DNA from: Acidobacteriota bacterium
GTDB lineage: Bacteria; Acidobacteriota; UBA6911
DNA length: 64,000 bases
Direction of reading: 5' to 3'
NCBI GenBank assembly: GCA_963664705.1
Contig: OY761556.1
Span: 2,112,001 to 2,176,000 of the forward strand
Below the pieces are notes generated by a model. It was not told the origin of the DNA and ran no database searches. It saw nothing but the letters and a program-made list of their open reading frames with translations. The position numbers and the translations under genes were made by a program. Positions 39,300 through 50,100 of the stretch are shown in pieces (positions within the stretch are counted from its first letter, which is position 1; every line of letters starts with the position of its first letter).

Positions 39300-42260
39300 A
39301 TGGCGGAAATGATCGCACACTACGAGATAATCGAGAAGCTCGGCTCGGGAGGCATGGGAGTCGTCTGCAGAGCGACGGACACGAAACTCGGTCGTGAAGT
39401 CGCGCTCAAAATACTGCCCGAAAATCTGGCGGCAAATCCCGCCTATCTTCAGCGATTCCAGCGCGAAGCTCGTGCCGCCTCCGCGCTGAATCATCCGAAT
39501 ATCTGCACGATATACGAAATCGGAGAACACCAGGGACGGCCCTACATCGCCATGGAGCTTCTACAGGGGCAGACTTTGCGGGCTCTGGCCTTGGGAAAGC
39601 CCTTGCCCTCCGACCAGATCATTCGCATCGCCATGCAGATCGCCGATGCACTCGAGGCCGCCCATTCGAAAGGAATCGTTCATCGGGATATCAAACCGGC
39701 AAATATCTTTATTACATCGAGAGGACACGTCAAAGTCCTGGACTTCGGACTGGCCAAGCTGGCGTCCATAAAGCGGCCTGAATCCGAACTGGCCAACGCT
39801 GCCCCAACGCATAGCATTGCGGCGGAATATGTCAGCACGCCTCAGATCACCATCGGCACATTACCCTATATGTCGCCGGAGCAGGCTTTGGGAGAGGATT
39901 TGGACTCCCGCTCCGATCTTTTCTCGCTTGGATCGGTTCTCTATGAACTCGCAACCGGTGTTCAAGCCTTTAAGGGAAGCACGCCTGCGGTCCTCTTCCA
40001 GGAAATTCTGACGAAGAATCCAGCTCCTCCGCAGCGGCTCAACCCGGAATTGCCGCCACGACTGGATGATATCCTCTGCCGGCTTCTCGAAAAGGACCGG
40101 GACCTCCGTTTCCAGACGGCCGCTGATTTGTGTGCGGATCTGAAAAGGCTGAAGCGGGATCTCGAGTTGCGGAAGGCTATTCCGATGCACAGCGCCGAGC
40201 CGCGATCGGCGAATCCAGAGATCCCGCCTCCCAGCGCGCCGAATCCGGACCCTGCCGATCCGCCGGAAAAGAAATCCTCAAACTTGCGTTTGGCACTTCA
40301 CAATTTTCGTAAACCCAAAGTCGCACTTTCTGCCATTGCCCTGTTGCTTTTGATCGCGGGGCTTGCAGCCTTCTGGGTATTGCGCAGCTCCATGTATTAC
40401 CCCTGTGTTCAGTTTGATGATTTCTCCGGAGGATCCGATACGGTCGACGGGCAAATGGTGGGGTTCGTGCTGAAACGAGCGCTGTCACAATTTCCTGAAG
40501 TTGCCGTGGTGGATCGAAAGGAATTCCATCATCTGCTGGTCATTGAGCGGGCACGCAAGCAGGTGGAGCGTTCCAAGGCACACAATACTTCTCTTCTGCA
40601 AAAATTCCTGCCCTCCAGTTGGGAAAGACAGGAACCCGCGCTCCGTGTATCCGGCCAGGTCAGCGATTCGCTGGGCCAACTCGAGGTTCGCCTGGACTGC
40701 CTGGTTCGAGGCAAGCGGGACACGATGACCATGCGTTTTCGCGGCGTGGATGAGCTATTGAACAAAGGCATCGATGCCCTGGTCCTTCACACGCTGAATC
40801 GCTACGACTCCAAATTTGCCGAACAGCACCTGGATGGGAAGCGCCCCGACTACAAGACAGCCGTGCAGCTGCTGTCTTCGCGCTGGGATGCGCTTCGTCA
40901 TTATTATCGCGGAGCCAGCGCATGGGAACGGCTGGACATGAATGCCGCCGAACGGGAATTGCGATCCGCGCTTGAAATCGATCCCAACCTCGCCCTGGCC
41001 CACTTGATGCTTGGCCAGGTTTTCGTTTTCAAGAACCAGTGGGACGCGGCGCAAACCGAAATTCTTGCGGCGCGCAAGCAGGCAGGGACGCTGCCGGAAA
41101 CGGATCAACTGCTCGTCGAAGCCTTTCTTGCACGCGTTTTCGGAAAACCCTTTGAAGAACGGGTTTATTTTCAGCGACTGATTGGCCTCCAGCCTCAAAA
41201 AAGAGAGTATCTTTACGAGCTGGCGGAATCCTACTTCCACACGGCGGATGTCGATGAGGCAATCAGCAAATATCAGGATGCCCTCAGCCTGGACGACCGT
41301 TACGCCCTGGCCTATAACCATCTCGCTTACTGCTATTCCTGGAAAGGGGAGCATACCAAAGCCATCGAAGCGGGGCGAAGGTACCTGGCGCTCGACCAGT
41401 CAGCCAATGCCTATGACAGCCTGGGCGATGCCTATATGCAGGCCGGCGACTATGCCAACGCCGAAGCCATGAAGCAAAAGGCCATCCGGAAAGATCCGCA
41501 GATGTATTATGCGATCCGCAACCTGGCGAATATTGAGATGATGCGCGGACATTATCAGATTGCCGCCGGTCGGCTAAAAGCATTCTTCGATGCCACCGAA
41601 GAAAAGATGCAGAAGGCGCAGTACTATGCCGCCATGGCGTTCCTTCTCTACCGGGAGGGAGAAATTCAAAACGCGCTATCCGCATGCGAACAGGGTCTGA
41701 AGCTTGTAGGGCCGGTCCAATATGATTCGCCCCATGACGAACTGATCTGGATGAGCGGACTGCTCGAAGTGGCCCGGCATAACCTCCCGGCCGCCCGCAG
41801 GTATCTCAATCAATTGCACACCATTGTCGATTCCAATCTGATTTCCGCTATGAACTACAAGCCCGCCTACAAATACTATCAGCATCTGCTGGCCATGGTG
41901 ATGGCGCAAGAAGGAAAAAACCAGGAAGCAGTGGCCGCTATCAACGACTTGAAATATGTCCGAAACAAGCTTGGCTATTGGAGCACACCCTATGACCGGG
42001 CGTTCTTCTCCGATTCCATCGGACAGATTTACGAGGAAATGAAACTGCCGACCGATGCGCAGCAGGCGTACCAGGATTCGCTTGCCTACAACCCGCACTA
42101 TGCCCTTGCCCAGTTTCACCTGGCCATGCTGCTAAAGCGGCAGGGCGTGCGCATGGAGGCGCAAAGCCAGTTCAATGCATTCCTCCAGGAGTGGCGGACC
42201 GCCGATCCGGACATACGGGAAGTGATCGAGGCACGCAAGCAAATTGCGGATTCCCAATGA
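39300..42260 (+). CDS. Membrane Ser/Thr protein kinase with C-terminal TPR repeats
   Basis: ATG 39300; [21 protein letters not shown] and SPE motifs; one TM helix; multiple TPRs. Confidence 0.93.
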   Translation: MAEMIAHYEIIEKLGSGGMGVVCRATDTKLGREVALKILPENLAANPAYLQRFQREARAASALNHPNICTIYEIGEHQGRPYIAMELLQGQTLRALALGKPLPSDQIIRIAMQIADALEAAHSKGIVHRDIKPANIFITSRGHVKVLDFGLAKLASIKRPESELANAAPTHSIAAEYVSTPQITIGTLPYMSPEQALGEDLDSRSDLFSLGSVLYELATGVQAFKGSTPAVLFQEILTKNPAPPQRLNPELPPRLDDILCRLLEKDRDLRFQTAADLCADLKRLKRDLELRKAIPMHSAEPRSANPEIPPPSAPNPDPADPPEKKSSNLRLALHNFRKPKVALSAIALLLLIAGLAAFWVLRSSMYYPCVQFDDFSGGSDTVDGQMVGFVLKRALSQFPEVAVVDRKEFHHLLVIERARKQVERSKAHNTSLLQKFLPSSWERQEPALRVSGQVSDSLGQLEVRLDCLVRGKRDTMTMRFRGVDELLNKGIDALVLHTLNRYDSKFAEQHLDGKRPDYKTAVQLLSSRWDALRHYYRGASAWERLDMNAAERELRSALEIDPNLALAHLMLGQVFVFKNQWDAAQTEILAARKQAGTLPETDQLLVEAFLARVFGKPFEERVYFQRLIGLQPQKREYLYELAESYFHTADVDEAISKYQDALSLDDRYALAYNHLAYCYSWKGEHTKAIEAGRRYLALDQSANAYDSLGDAYMQAGDYANAEAMKQKAIRKDPQMYYAIRNLANIEMMRGHYQIAAGRLKAFFDATEEKMQKAQYYAAMAFLLYREGEIQNALSACEQGLKLVGPVQYDSPHDELIWMSGLLEVARHNLPAARRYLNQLHTIVDSNLISAMNYKPAYKYYQHLLAMVMAQEGKNQEAVAAINDLKYVRNKLGYWSTPYDRAFFSDSIGQIYEEMKLPTDAQQAYQDSLAYNPHYALAQFHLAMLLKRQGVRMEAQSQFNAFLQEWRTADPDIREVIEARKQIADSQ

Positions 42261-42946
42261 CAGACGACGCTGGCATACTGTCCCTGCGGAGGGGTCGGAT
42301 GATTCGTGGAGTGCTATTTGATCTTGATGGAGTAATCATTGATACGCTGCATTACCACTACCTGGCCTGGAAGCATATGTTCCAGCGCTTTGGCGGAGAT
42401 GTGAACGAGCATACCGTCCTGCTCCACGAGGGAAGGAACTCCCGCGAAATTCTTCCGCTTCTGATGAAGGAAGCAGGAATTTCTATTCCGGATGATCAAC
42501 AGGCCGACTTCATTGATGAAAAACGCGCCTATTACCGAAGCATCGTGCATGTGCAACAATACCCGGGCGCCTTTGAGGTTATCGATGCCTTGAAGCATCG
42601 CGGATACAAAGTAGCTCTTGTGACCGCCTGCGCTTTGAAAAATATGCAGCACTCGCTCGACAGCGATCATCAAAAACACTTTGATTTTATTATCACCGGA
42701 GATGAAGTCCCTCGCGCCAAACCCTTTCCCGATCCTTATCTGATGGCAGCCCGGCAAATCGGCCTCGATCCATCCGATTGCATTGTAGTGGAAAATGCGC
42801 CCCTCGGAATTGAGGCGGCAAAGAATGCGGGGATGTACTGCATTGCAATCGAAACGACTCTCGGGAAGGAATTTCTACAATCCGCGGATTGCATTCTGCC
42901 CAGCATCCGGGATGTACTTCAGCTCCCGTTTTTTGCCACGAATTAA
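42257..42946 (+). CDS. HAD-family phosphatase (beta-PGM/CbbY-like)
   Basis: [17 protein letters not shown] and VENAPLG motifs; start at 42257 (ATGA overlap) or 42299. Confidence 0.9.
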   Translation: MTDDAGILSLRRGRMIRGVLFDLDGVIIDTLHYHYLAWKHMFQRFGGDVNEHTVLLHEGRNSREILPLLMKEAGISIPDDQQADFIDEKRAYYRSIVHVQQYPGAFEVIDALKHRGYKVALVTACALKNMQHSLDSDHQKHFDFIITGDEVPRAKPFPDPYLMAARQIGLDPSDCIVVENAPLGIEAAKNAGMYCIAIETTLGKEFLQSADCILPSIRDVLQLPFFATN

Positions 42947-42959
42947 GCGAATTAGTAGG

Positions 42960-43143
42960 CCCATTAACCGCCAAGACCTCGAAGACCGCAAAGAATAGTT
43001 TTGGGGCTCATTTTGTTGGTTTTTGCGGGCTGGATGCTTACGCAGAATATGCTCCTATCCGCTACAAGGAGGTTGCGCTCGATTGTGGATAAACAAGCAA
43101 TTCTTGGCGGTCTTCGCGGTTCAAAGATAAAAACGAATCAACG
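42960..43143 (+). mobile_element. Miniature non-autonomous GxxExxY element carrying an internal gene fragment
   Basis: Ends ACCGCCAAGACCTCGAAGACCGCAAAGA and TCTTGGCGGTCTTCGCGGT. 43025-43091 encodes GLDAYAEYAPIRYKEVALDCG versus GLDVYAEYPIPIHYKEIALDCG in the intact gene. Confidence 0.85.
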
Positions 43144-43170
43144 GAATTGTACGAAGGTTTTATTTCGGGA

Positions 43171-44412
43171 TTAGGAGGGCGTCTTCTCTACCAGCTTGAG
43201 TCCGCGTCGGTCGCGAGCCAAACCCGCCGGCCGGAACGGCTCCGCTCCGAGTCCAAACGGATCCTCCCAGTTGGTAGCGGGCTGAGCGCGCAGCACAAGA
43301 TCGTAGGCCGAATCCGCCACAATCCGATCGTCAATGGTCTGCATATTGATCGTGGCCGCCAGCGACATCGAATGCCGGCAGATCATGTTGACGTTGAGGG
43401 GAATCCCGCGAGAGTACAAAGCAATGGCGGAAAGCGCCGCCGGTGAAAACAACTGCCGAGCGCAACCGGCCGTGCGCAGCCGGTGAAGGATATAGCTTCG
43501 CACTTCAGCCTCATCCAGCGGAGCCAGTCGGCTGTACACATTGATCTGTTTTACGGCCTCTTCCAATCGTGCTCCGTCGAGTTTTTCCAGCAATCCCTGC
43601 CTTCCGGCAATCACAACCTGAAGCAGCTTCCCTTTTCTTGATTGCATTCGCGAAAACAGGCACAGATTCTCCAGCATATCGTAAGAGAAATCCTGCGCGT
43701 CATCACAGATCAGCGTCATCAGACGGCCGGCCTGCTGTTTGGAAGCCAACCAGTTCTCAAAAGACCGCAGGTTCTCGTCGAGATCTTTTCCGAAACCATT
43801 CAAGCCGAAAATCCCCATCACACCGCGCACCATTTCGCTGCGCGAATTGAAGGAGCCCGGCATCATGGCGATCTCGGCTTCCGGCCTCAGCGTTTCGACC
43901 AGATATTCCAGCAAGGCGGTTTTTCCCATGCCGGCCTGAGCAAGGATGACGCCGATGCCGCGACGCTCACGAATGAGAGTTCGAATGGATGAAAAGACTT
44001 CCTGGTGTCCCCTGCTGAAGAAATAATACCGCGGGTTTGGGGCAAAGCTGAATGCGTCCTCCGACATCCCCGCCAGGCGTCGAGGATTTTTGGCCGCATC
44101 GACCGGCGCAGACATCCCTCTCTCCATCAACAGGGCGATGCGCATCTCGCGCGCCCCCGCATTCCAATGATCATCGAGCACAAATGCCCGGCAGGAATAG
44201 TGTCGTCTTCCGGATTGGAATTGAGTAACGAGGAATCCCTGCAGCCTGCTTGGATCCTCGGGCATGAAGGTCAGTATCTTCTGTCTCAATATGCCATCAA
44301 TGGCCGCAGGGTTTGTCGCGGTATTGGGATACCCAAGAATTTTGATCGATTCCGGGTTGGCATATACCGGACGATACAGCGAATCGATCAGCACAAATCC
44401 TGCTGTTTCCAA
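43171..44412 (-). CDS. ExeA-like AAA+ ATPase with N-terminal PAS-like domain
   Basis: FSFAPNPRYYF, Walker A-like AQAGMGKT, LICDDAQD, LQVVIAG and SRGIPLNVNMIC motifs. Confidence 0.85.
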   Translation of the reverse strand: METAGFVLIDSLYRPVYANPESIKILGYPNTATNPAAIDGILRQKILTFMPEDPSRLQGFLVTQFQSGRRHYSCRAFVLDDHWNAGAREMRIALLMERGMSAPVDAAKNPRRLAGMSEDAFSFAPNPRYYFFSRGHQEVFSSIRTLIRERRGIGVILAQAGMGKTALLEYLVETLRPEAEIAMMPGSFNSRSEMVRGVMGIFGLNGFGKDLDENLRSFENWLASKQQAGRLMTLICDDAQDFSYDMLENLCLFSRMQSRKGKLLQVVIAGRQGLLEKLDGARLEEAVKQINVYSRLAPLDEAEVRSYILHRLRTAGCARQLFSPAALSAIALYSRGIPLNVNMICRHSMSLAATINMQTIDDRIVADSAYDLVLRAQPATNWEDPFGLGAEPFRPAGLARDRRGLKLVEKTPS

Positions 44413-44668
44413 TGCTTACCTCCATTGGGCTTGCGCGCGCAACCACTCGTAAAACCTGATAGAGCGGTTGGTTAATTTTCCTTATCGGCAGGTTTTTTGT
44501 CAAACGATAAAAAACCGGCCAATCCTTGAACAAATCCTTATCTACACTCTCATGACTCCTCCCTTTATTGCCGATTACCCTACACGTAGCCCCTCAAATC
44601 CCTGTTTCTGATACAATAATGGGAGTGGCGGTCAAAGAGGCAAACATCAATCAGCAGGGGAACTTACA

Positions 44669-47095
44669 GTGGATGCAGTGGCACATCACAGGTCGATAGA
44701 ACAAAATCCGCCCGGATTCAGCCGGGATGTCATCCTGCAGGATTACCGGATTGCCCACCGTAGCCGACTGGCCAGCATCATCGCAAGGCAGGAGGTCTTT
44801 TCCGGAAAGGCAAAGTTCGGGATTTTCGGAGACGGCAAAGAAGTAGCCCAGGTGGCTCTGGCACATGCATTCCGCAAAGGGGATTTCCGCTCGGGCTACT
44901 ATCGCGACCAAACGCTCATGTTCGCCCTCGGAGTTCTGGATCTGGAGCAGTTCTTCGCCCAGCTTTACGGACACGCCGATGTTTTGGTGGAGCCGGGTTT
45001 CGGCGGCCGCGCCATGACCGGTCATTTTGCAACGCGCCTGCTCAACCCGGACGGCAGCTGGAAAAACCAACTGGAGTCCTATAACTCAACCGCGGATCTT
45101 TCTCCCACCGGAGCGCAGATGCCCCGGCTTGTCGGACTCGCGCTTGCTTCCAAACTGTATCGAAGTCTTCGCGAGCTGGACGAGCATGCACGGATGTTCA
45201 GCGATCACGGCAATGAGATTGCTTTCGGGACCATCGGCAATGCCGCCTGCGCCGAAGGAATCTTCTGGGAAGCCGTCAATGCCGTTGGAGTGCTTCAGGC
45301 ACCGATGCTGCTGGCCATTTGGGACGATGGCTACGGCATATCCGTCCCAAACGAGCTCCAGGTGGCAAAAGCCGATATTTCGAATATTCTTCAGGGCTTC
45401 CAAACCCATCGCGACGGCAAAGCCGGTATTGAAATCTTCAAGGCGCGCGGATGGGATTATCCGCAATTGTGCGAAACCTTCCTGGCTGCGGCCGAACCGG
45501 TGCGACGCACGCACGCCCCGGTTATTGTTCATGTGACGGAGCTGACGCAACCCCAGGGGCATTCCACTTCCGGAAGCCACGAACGATACAAATCCGCGGA
45601 GCGCATCAAGTGGGAACGGGAATATGACTGCATGCGGCAGATGCGCGACTGGATCATTCGCGAAGGGATCGCCACTCCGGACGAACTGAACGCCATCGAA
45701 ACCTCCGAAAAAGCACATGTGCTCGATACCAGGGAACGCGCCTGGAGCTCTTTTCAGAACCCGATTCTCCAGGAAAGAAATGAACTGCTGGAGCTTATGC
45801 AGGAAGCCGCGGGGATTTTCCCTGCCCTCGACAAACTCGACCGGATTCGGGCCGAGCTTGAACAGATCAAAAATCCTATTCGCCGGGATCTTCTCTCCTC
45901 TGCCGCCGATGCCCTGGTAGCGCTTCAAACCGAGCCGCCGCACCGAAGTGACAAGCTCAGGAACTGGAAGAAGCTTCGGGAACGGGAAGGGAACGCACGC
46001 TACGACACCTGTCTGTACAGTCGCTCCGCCCAGGCGGCACTGAAAATACCGTCTGTTTCGGCGGCTTACTCTCAAGACGCACCCACGAAGCTCGGCTTTG
46101 AGATTCTGAATGCCTGCTTTGATTCCGCCTTTGCCCGTTTCCCCCAGCTGGTGGCCATGGGCGAGGACATCGGCCGTCTGGGAGATGTCAACCAGGGTTT
46201 TGCCGGGCTCCAAGCCAAATACGGAGCCAACAGAATCATGGATACGGGAATCCGCGAAGCGACTATCGTCGGCCAGGCGGTAGGATTGGCTTTGCGCGGT
46301 TTCAAGCCGATCGCGGATATCCAGTATCTCGATTACATGCTCTATGCCATCCAAACGCTTTCCGACGATCTGGCATCGCTGCACTGGCGGACTTCGGGGG
46401 GCCAAAAAGCCCCCATCATTATCCGGACGCGCGGCCATCGCCTGGAAGGCATCTGGCATTCGGGGTCGCCGATGGCCGGAATCCTCAACCTCATCCGTGG
46501 AATCTATATCTGCGTTCCACGTGATGCGACGCAGGCCGCCGGATTTTACAACACGATTCTGGAATCGGATGACAGCGCGCTGATTATCGAAGTCCTCAAT
46601 GCGTATCGCAGAAAAGCAAAAATGCCTTCGAATATCGGAGAGTTCAAGATCCCGCTTGGCGTCCCCGAAGTCATCCGGCCGGGTCGCGATGTGACCATCG
46701 TGACCTACGGCGCCTGCTGTGGCATCGCGCAGGAAGCAGCCGATCAGTTGAAAACGACAGGGATCGAGGCGGAGATCATCGATGCGCGGACCATTCTCCC
46801 CTTCGACATTCACGGGATCATTCTGGATTCGCTCCGGAAAACAAACAGAATTCTCTTCCTAGATGAAGATTGCCCCGGAGGTGCCACTGCCTATATGATG
46901 CAACAAGTTATTGAAGGACAGGGCGGCTATCATTGGCTGGATTGCGCCCCGCGCACCCTGGCTTCCAAGGAACACAGGCCGGCATATGGATCGGATGGCG
47001 ATTACTTCTCCAAGTCCAATCGCGAACAGATCTTCGAGGCGGTCTATGAAATCATGCACGAATCCAATCCCCGGCGTTTTCCAAAGGTTTATTAG
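44669..47095 (+). CDS. Fused 2-oxoacid dehydrogenase E1 alpha/beta subunit
   Basis: RSGYYRDQT, TPP-binding region IGNAACAEG, MGEDIG, DTGIREATI and ADIQYLDY motifs; transketolase C-terminal domain. Confidence 0.9.
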   Translation: MDAVAHHRSIEQNPPGFSRDVILQDYRIAHRSRLASIIARQEVFSGKAKFGIFGDGKEVAQVALAHAFRKGDFRSGYYRDQTLMFALGVLDLEQFFAQLYGHADVLVEPGFGGRAMTGHFATRLLNPDGSWKNQLESYNSTADLSPTGAQMPRLVGLALASKLYRSLRELDEHARMFSDHGNEIAFGTIGNAACAEGIFWEAVNAVGVLQAPMLLAIWDDGYGISVPNELQVAKADISNILQGFQTHRDGKAGIEIFKARGWDYPQLCETFLAAAEPVRRTHAPVIVHVTELTQPQGHSTSGSHERYKSAERIKWEREYDCMRQMRDWIIREGIATPDELNAIETSEKAHVLDTRERAWSSFQNPILQERNELLELMQEAAGIFPALDKLDRIRAELEQIKNPIRRDLLSSAADALVALQTEPPHRSDKLRNWKKLREREGNARYDTCLYSRSAQAALKIPSVSAAYSQDAPTKLGFEILNACFDSAFARFPQLVAMGEDIGRLGDVNQGFAGLQAKYGANRIMDTGIREATIVGQAVGLALRGFKPIADIQYLDYMLYAIQTLSDDLASLHWRTSGGQKAPIIIRTRGHRLEGIWHSGSPMAGILNLIRGIYICVPRDATQAAGFYNTILESDDSALIIEVLNAYRRKAKMPSNIGEFKIPLGVPEVIRPGRDVTIVTYGACCGIAQEAADQLKTTGIEAEIIDARTILPFDIHGIILDSLRKTNRILFLDEDCPGGATAYMMQQVIEGQGGYHWLDCAPRTLASKEHRPAYGSDGDYFSKSNREQIFEAVYEIMHESNPRRFPKVY

Positions 47096-47184
47096 TTTGA
47101 GGCTCCGCGCGATGTGTGCCGTCAGGCATTGTGGTGTCAGCGTCCATCGGTGTTGAAGCGCTACTCAATTGAAACGAGGGCACG

Positions 47185-50100
47185 ATGATTACTCAAGATC
47201 CAGAGAACAGAGCTCAGGTAATTTCAAAGATTATTGATCTGATCAATCGGACAGCTCCGGAAAAGGACAGGAATCTTGTCCTGTCGTTCGCCCCGGTCAT
47301 CCTGGAGGAGGCGCCCGATCGCATTCTCTTCATGCTGCCTCCGGAAATCCTGGCCGAACGTCTTCTGCGCCATTATCAATTCATCGTTCACGCCATGCCT
47401 CCTTCCATCCAGCTCTTTAAGGGCCCTCCCGGCATTCACGTCTCCGTGCACAATCCGGACGAGGCCGAAGCCAAGGCCATGGGCGGCGGCGCGGGGCTGC
47501 CGCTTGAAACCACCGTGGTCCGGACCCATACGCTGGATGCGCCCTTCATCTTCGAGAGTCTGAAGAATTATTTCAGCAAGGCCGGGCTGCGCGTGTACTC
47601 CGCGGTTCACCCGATTTTTTCCGTGCGCCGCCAGTGGGAGCGTATTGTCTGGATCGGACCGCCCCACGAGGAAGGAACGAAGGAATCGTATTGCTACTTC
47701 CAGATCGAGCCGGTTGATTCCAAGGAGCGCCTCCGTCGCATCCAGCACGAAATATTCTGCGTCTTGAAATGCGTGTTTCTGGCCGTTGAAGATTTCCAGG
47801 CCATGACTTCCCTCACCCGGGAAACCGCCCGCAGACTCAAGGGCAAGGATGGATCCGATGAAATCGAATCCGCCCGGGCTTTCACGGACTGGCTCCTGGA
47901 TGAAAACTACGTTTTCCTGGGCGTTGCCCGGTATGCCGCCGGCCAGGACGGGCATCCGCAGCGCATCCAGGATTCCGTCACCGGCGTGTTCAATGATCCC
48001 GAACTGCTTCCGGTGGTATTTCCGGGGCTGATGGAGGAAGTGGAATCGCACATCCTTCCCTCCCCCGAAGACTCCCACATCGTGGGAATGGATTACAGCA
48101 AGAACGCGTCGGCGATCTATCACCTGGATCCGATCGACTATATTGTTCTGCGCGAGTTTGACGGCCAGGGTGGATTTGCGGGAGCAAACCTTCTGCTGGG
48201 CCGATTCTCCAGAGGCACCTTCGTGCAGCGCGCCGACAGGATCCCGATTCTGAAGCAAAAACTGCAGACCATACTCAAGGACAGCGGCGCGATTGAAAAA
48301 TCGCACATCTTTCGCGAGCTGATCAATACCTTTAACCGGATGCCGATGCGTGAGCTGTTTTATGCGCCTCCGGCCGCGCTGAAATCGATTCTCGAGCCGA
48401 TCGCGTTCATGCTCGGAGACGAGGAAATCATCGTCCGCACGCGGAAAGGCACCGGATACATTGTTCTCGAAATCGCGTTCTCTCGCCTGCGCTATTCCTA
48501 TGGCGTCGAGGAAAACATTCGCCGAGCTCTCTCGGATGCGTTTGGGCCCGTCTCGTTCCACACGCGGGCAGACTGCGGCGCGGCCAACCTGCTCCTTTTC
48601 TATTTCGACACGGAACGCCTGGATCATCCGATCGATGAAAAGGCCGTTCACGAAATCGTTGCGAAACGGATCACCACCTGGGAAGACCGCGTTTCCGCCG
48701 AATTGGAGACATCCTTCGGCGAGCGCGAAGGAAGACGTCTGTTTAAGCGCTATGTCACGTTTGAAACCAGGAGCGGACTCTACCGCGAGGTGACTCCGCC
48801 TGAAATGGTTCCCGGTGATTTAAGGCATCTCGACAGTCTGGAAGCACGTCTCGAAATCCGCATCGTCCCGCGCGGAACCGAAGTGGCCATGCTGCACTTT
48901 TATGCCATGCATGAGCTGGGACTCACCCATACCCTGAAAACTCTTGAGAACCTCGGACTCCAGGTTACGGATGAAATGCGCATTCCGCTCCAGTTGCCGG
49001 AAGAGCGCAGCTGCTACCTGTACCGGTATGAGATTCGCGGTTCCGCTGAAAGGATCGCCGCTCTCATTGCCGGCGAGGAGCGATTCGTTGAAGCGGTGCG
49101 CAGATTGGATGAGGGCCACGCAACGGATGATTCGCTGAACGGCCTGATTTTGTCTGTCGGTTTATCCTGGCGTGAAGTCGAGGCCCTTCGCACCGTGCGC
49201 AACCACATGCTGCAGATCCGCTCGAACTACAACGTTGAGACCGTCAATCGCGTCCTGCTGAACAACAGCTCCGTTTCCAACGCTCTTTTCCGGTATTTTG
49301 AAGCGCTGTTTGATCCCGAACTGCCCGGCGATCGGGAGCATGCCGTCAAGGAAGCGGACAAGGGAGTCCAGGCGGCTCTGAATACCGTGCGCAGCCTTGC
49401 GGAAGATGAAGTGCTGCGCGCCATGTACAACCTGATCCAGTCTTCGCTGCGCACGAACTTCTATCAGATTCCGGAACGCCCGGTCTTCTCCATCAAGATC
49501 GACAGTCGCAAAGTGGAAAACATGCCGCTGCCGAAACCGATGTTCGAGATTTACGTGCATTCGAACCGGCTGGAGGGGATTCACCTCCGGGGTGGCCGCG
49601 TGGCACGCGGCGGCATTCGATGGAGCGATCGGCCCGATGATTTCCGGACCGAAGTTCTCGGACTGATGGCAACCCAGATGCTGAAAAACACCATCATCGT
49701 CCCGGTCGGATCGAAAGGCGGCTTTTTCCTGAAAGGAAATGTGCCGGCTCCCCCGGCGCTGGATGCCTATCTTATTGACCGATACAGCGAATATGTTTCC
49801 GGGCTGCTCGATGTAACAGACAACATTGTGGACGGCCAGATCCTGCACCCGCCCGAAGTCGTACGTCACGACAGCGATGATCCCTACCTCGTGGTCGCCG
49901 CGGACAAGGGAACTGCGCATCTGTCCGATACCGCCAACAGCATGTCGCTTCAGTATGGCTTCTGGCTTGGCGACGCTTTCGCCTCCGGAGGAAAAACCGG
50001 CTACGATCACAAGAAGATAGGAATCACTGCCCGTGGCGCATGGGAATGCGTCAAGCACCACTTCCTGAATCTCGGGATGGACATTCAGAAAGAGCCGTTC

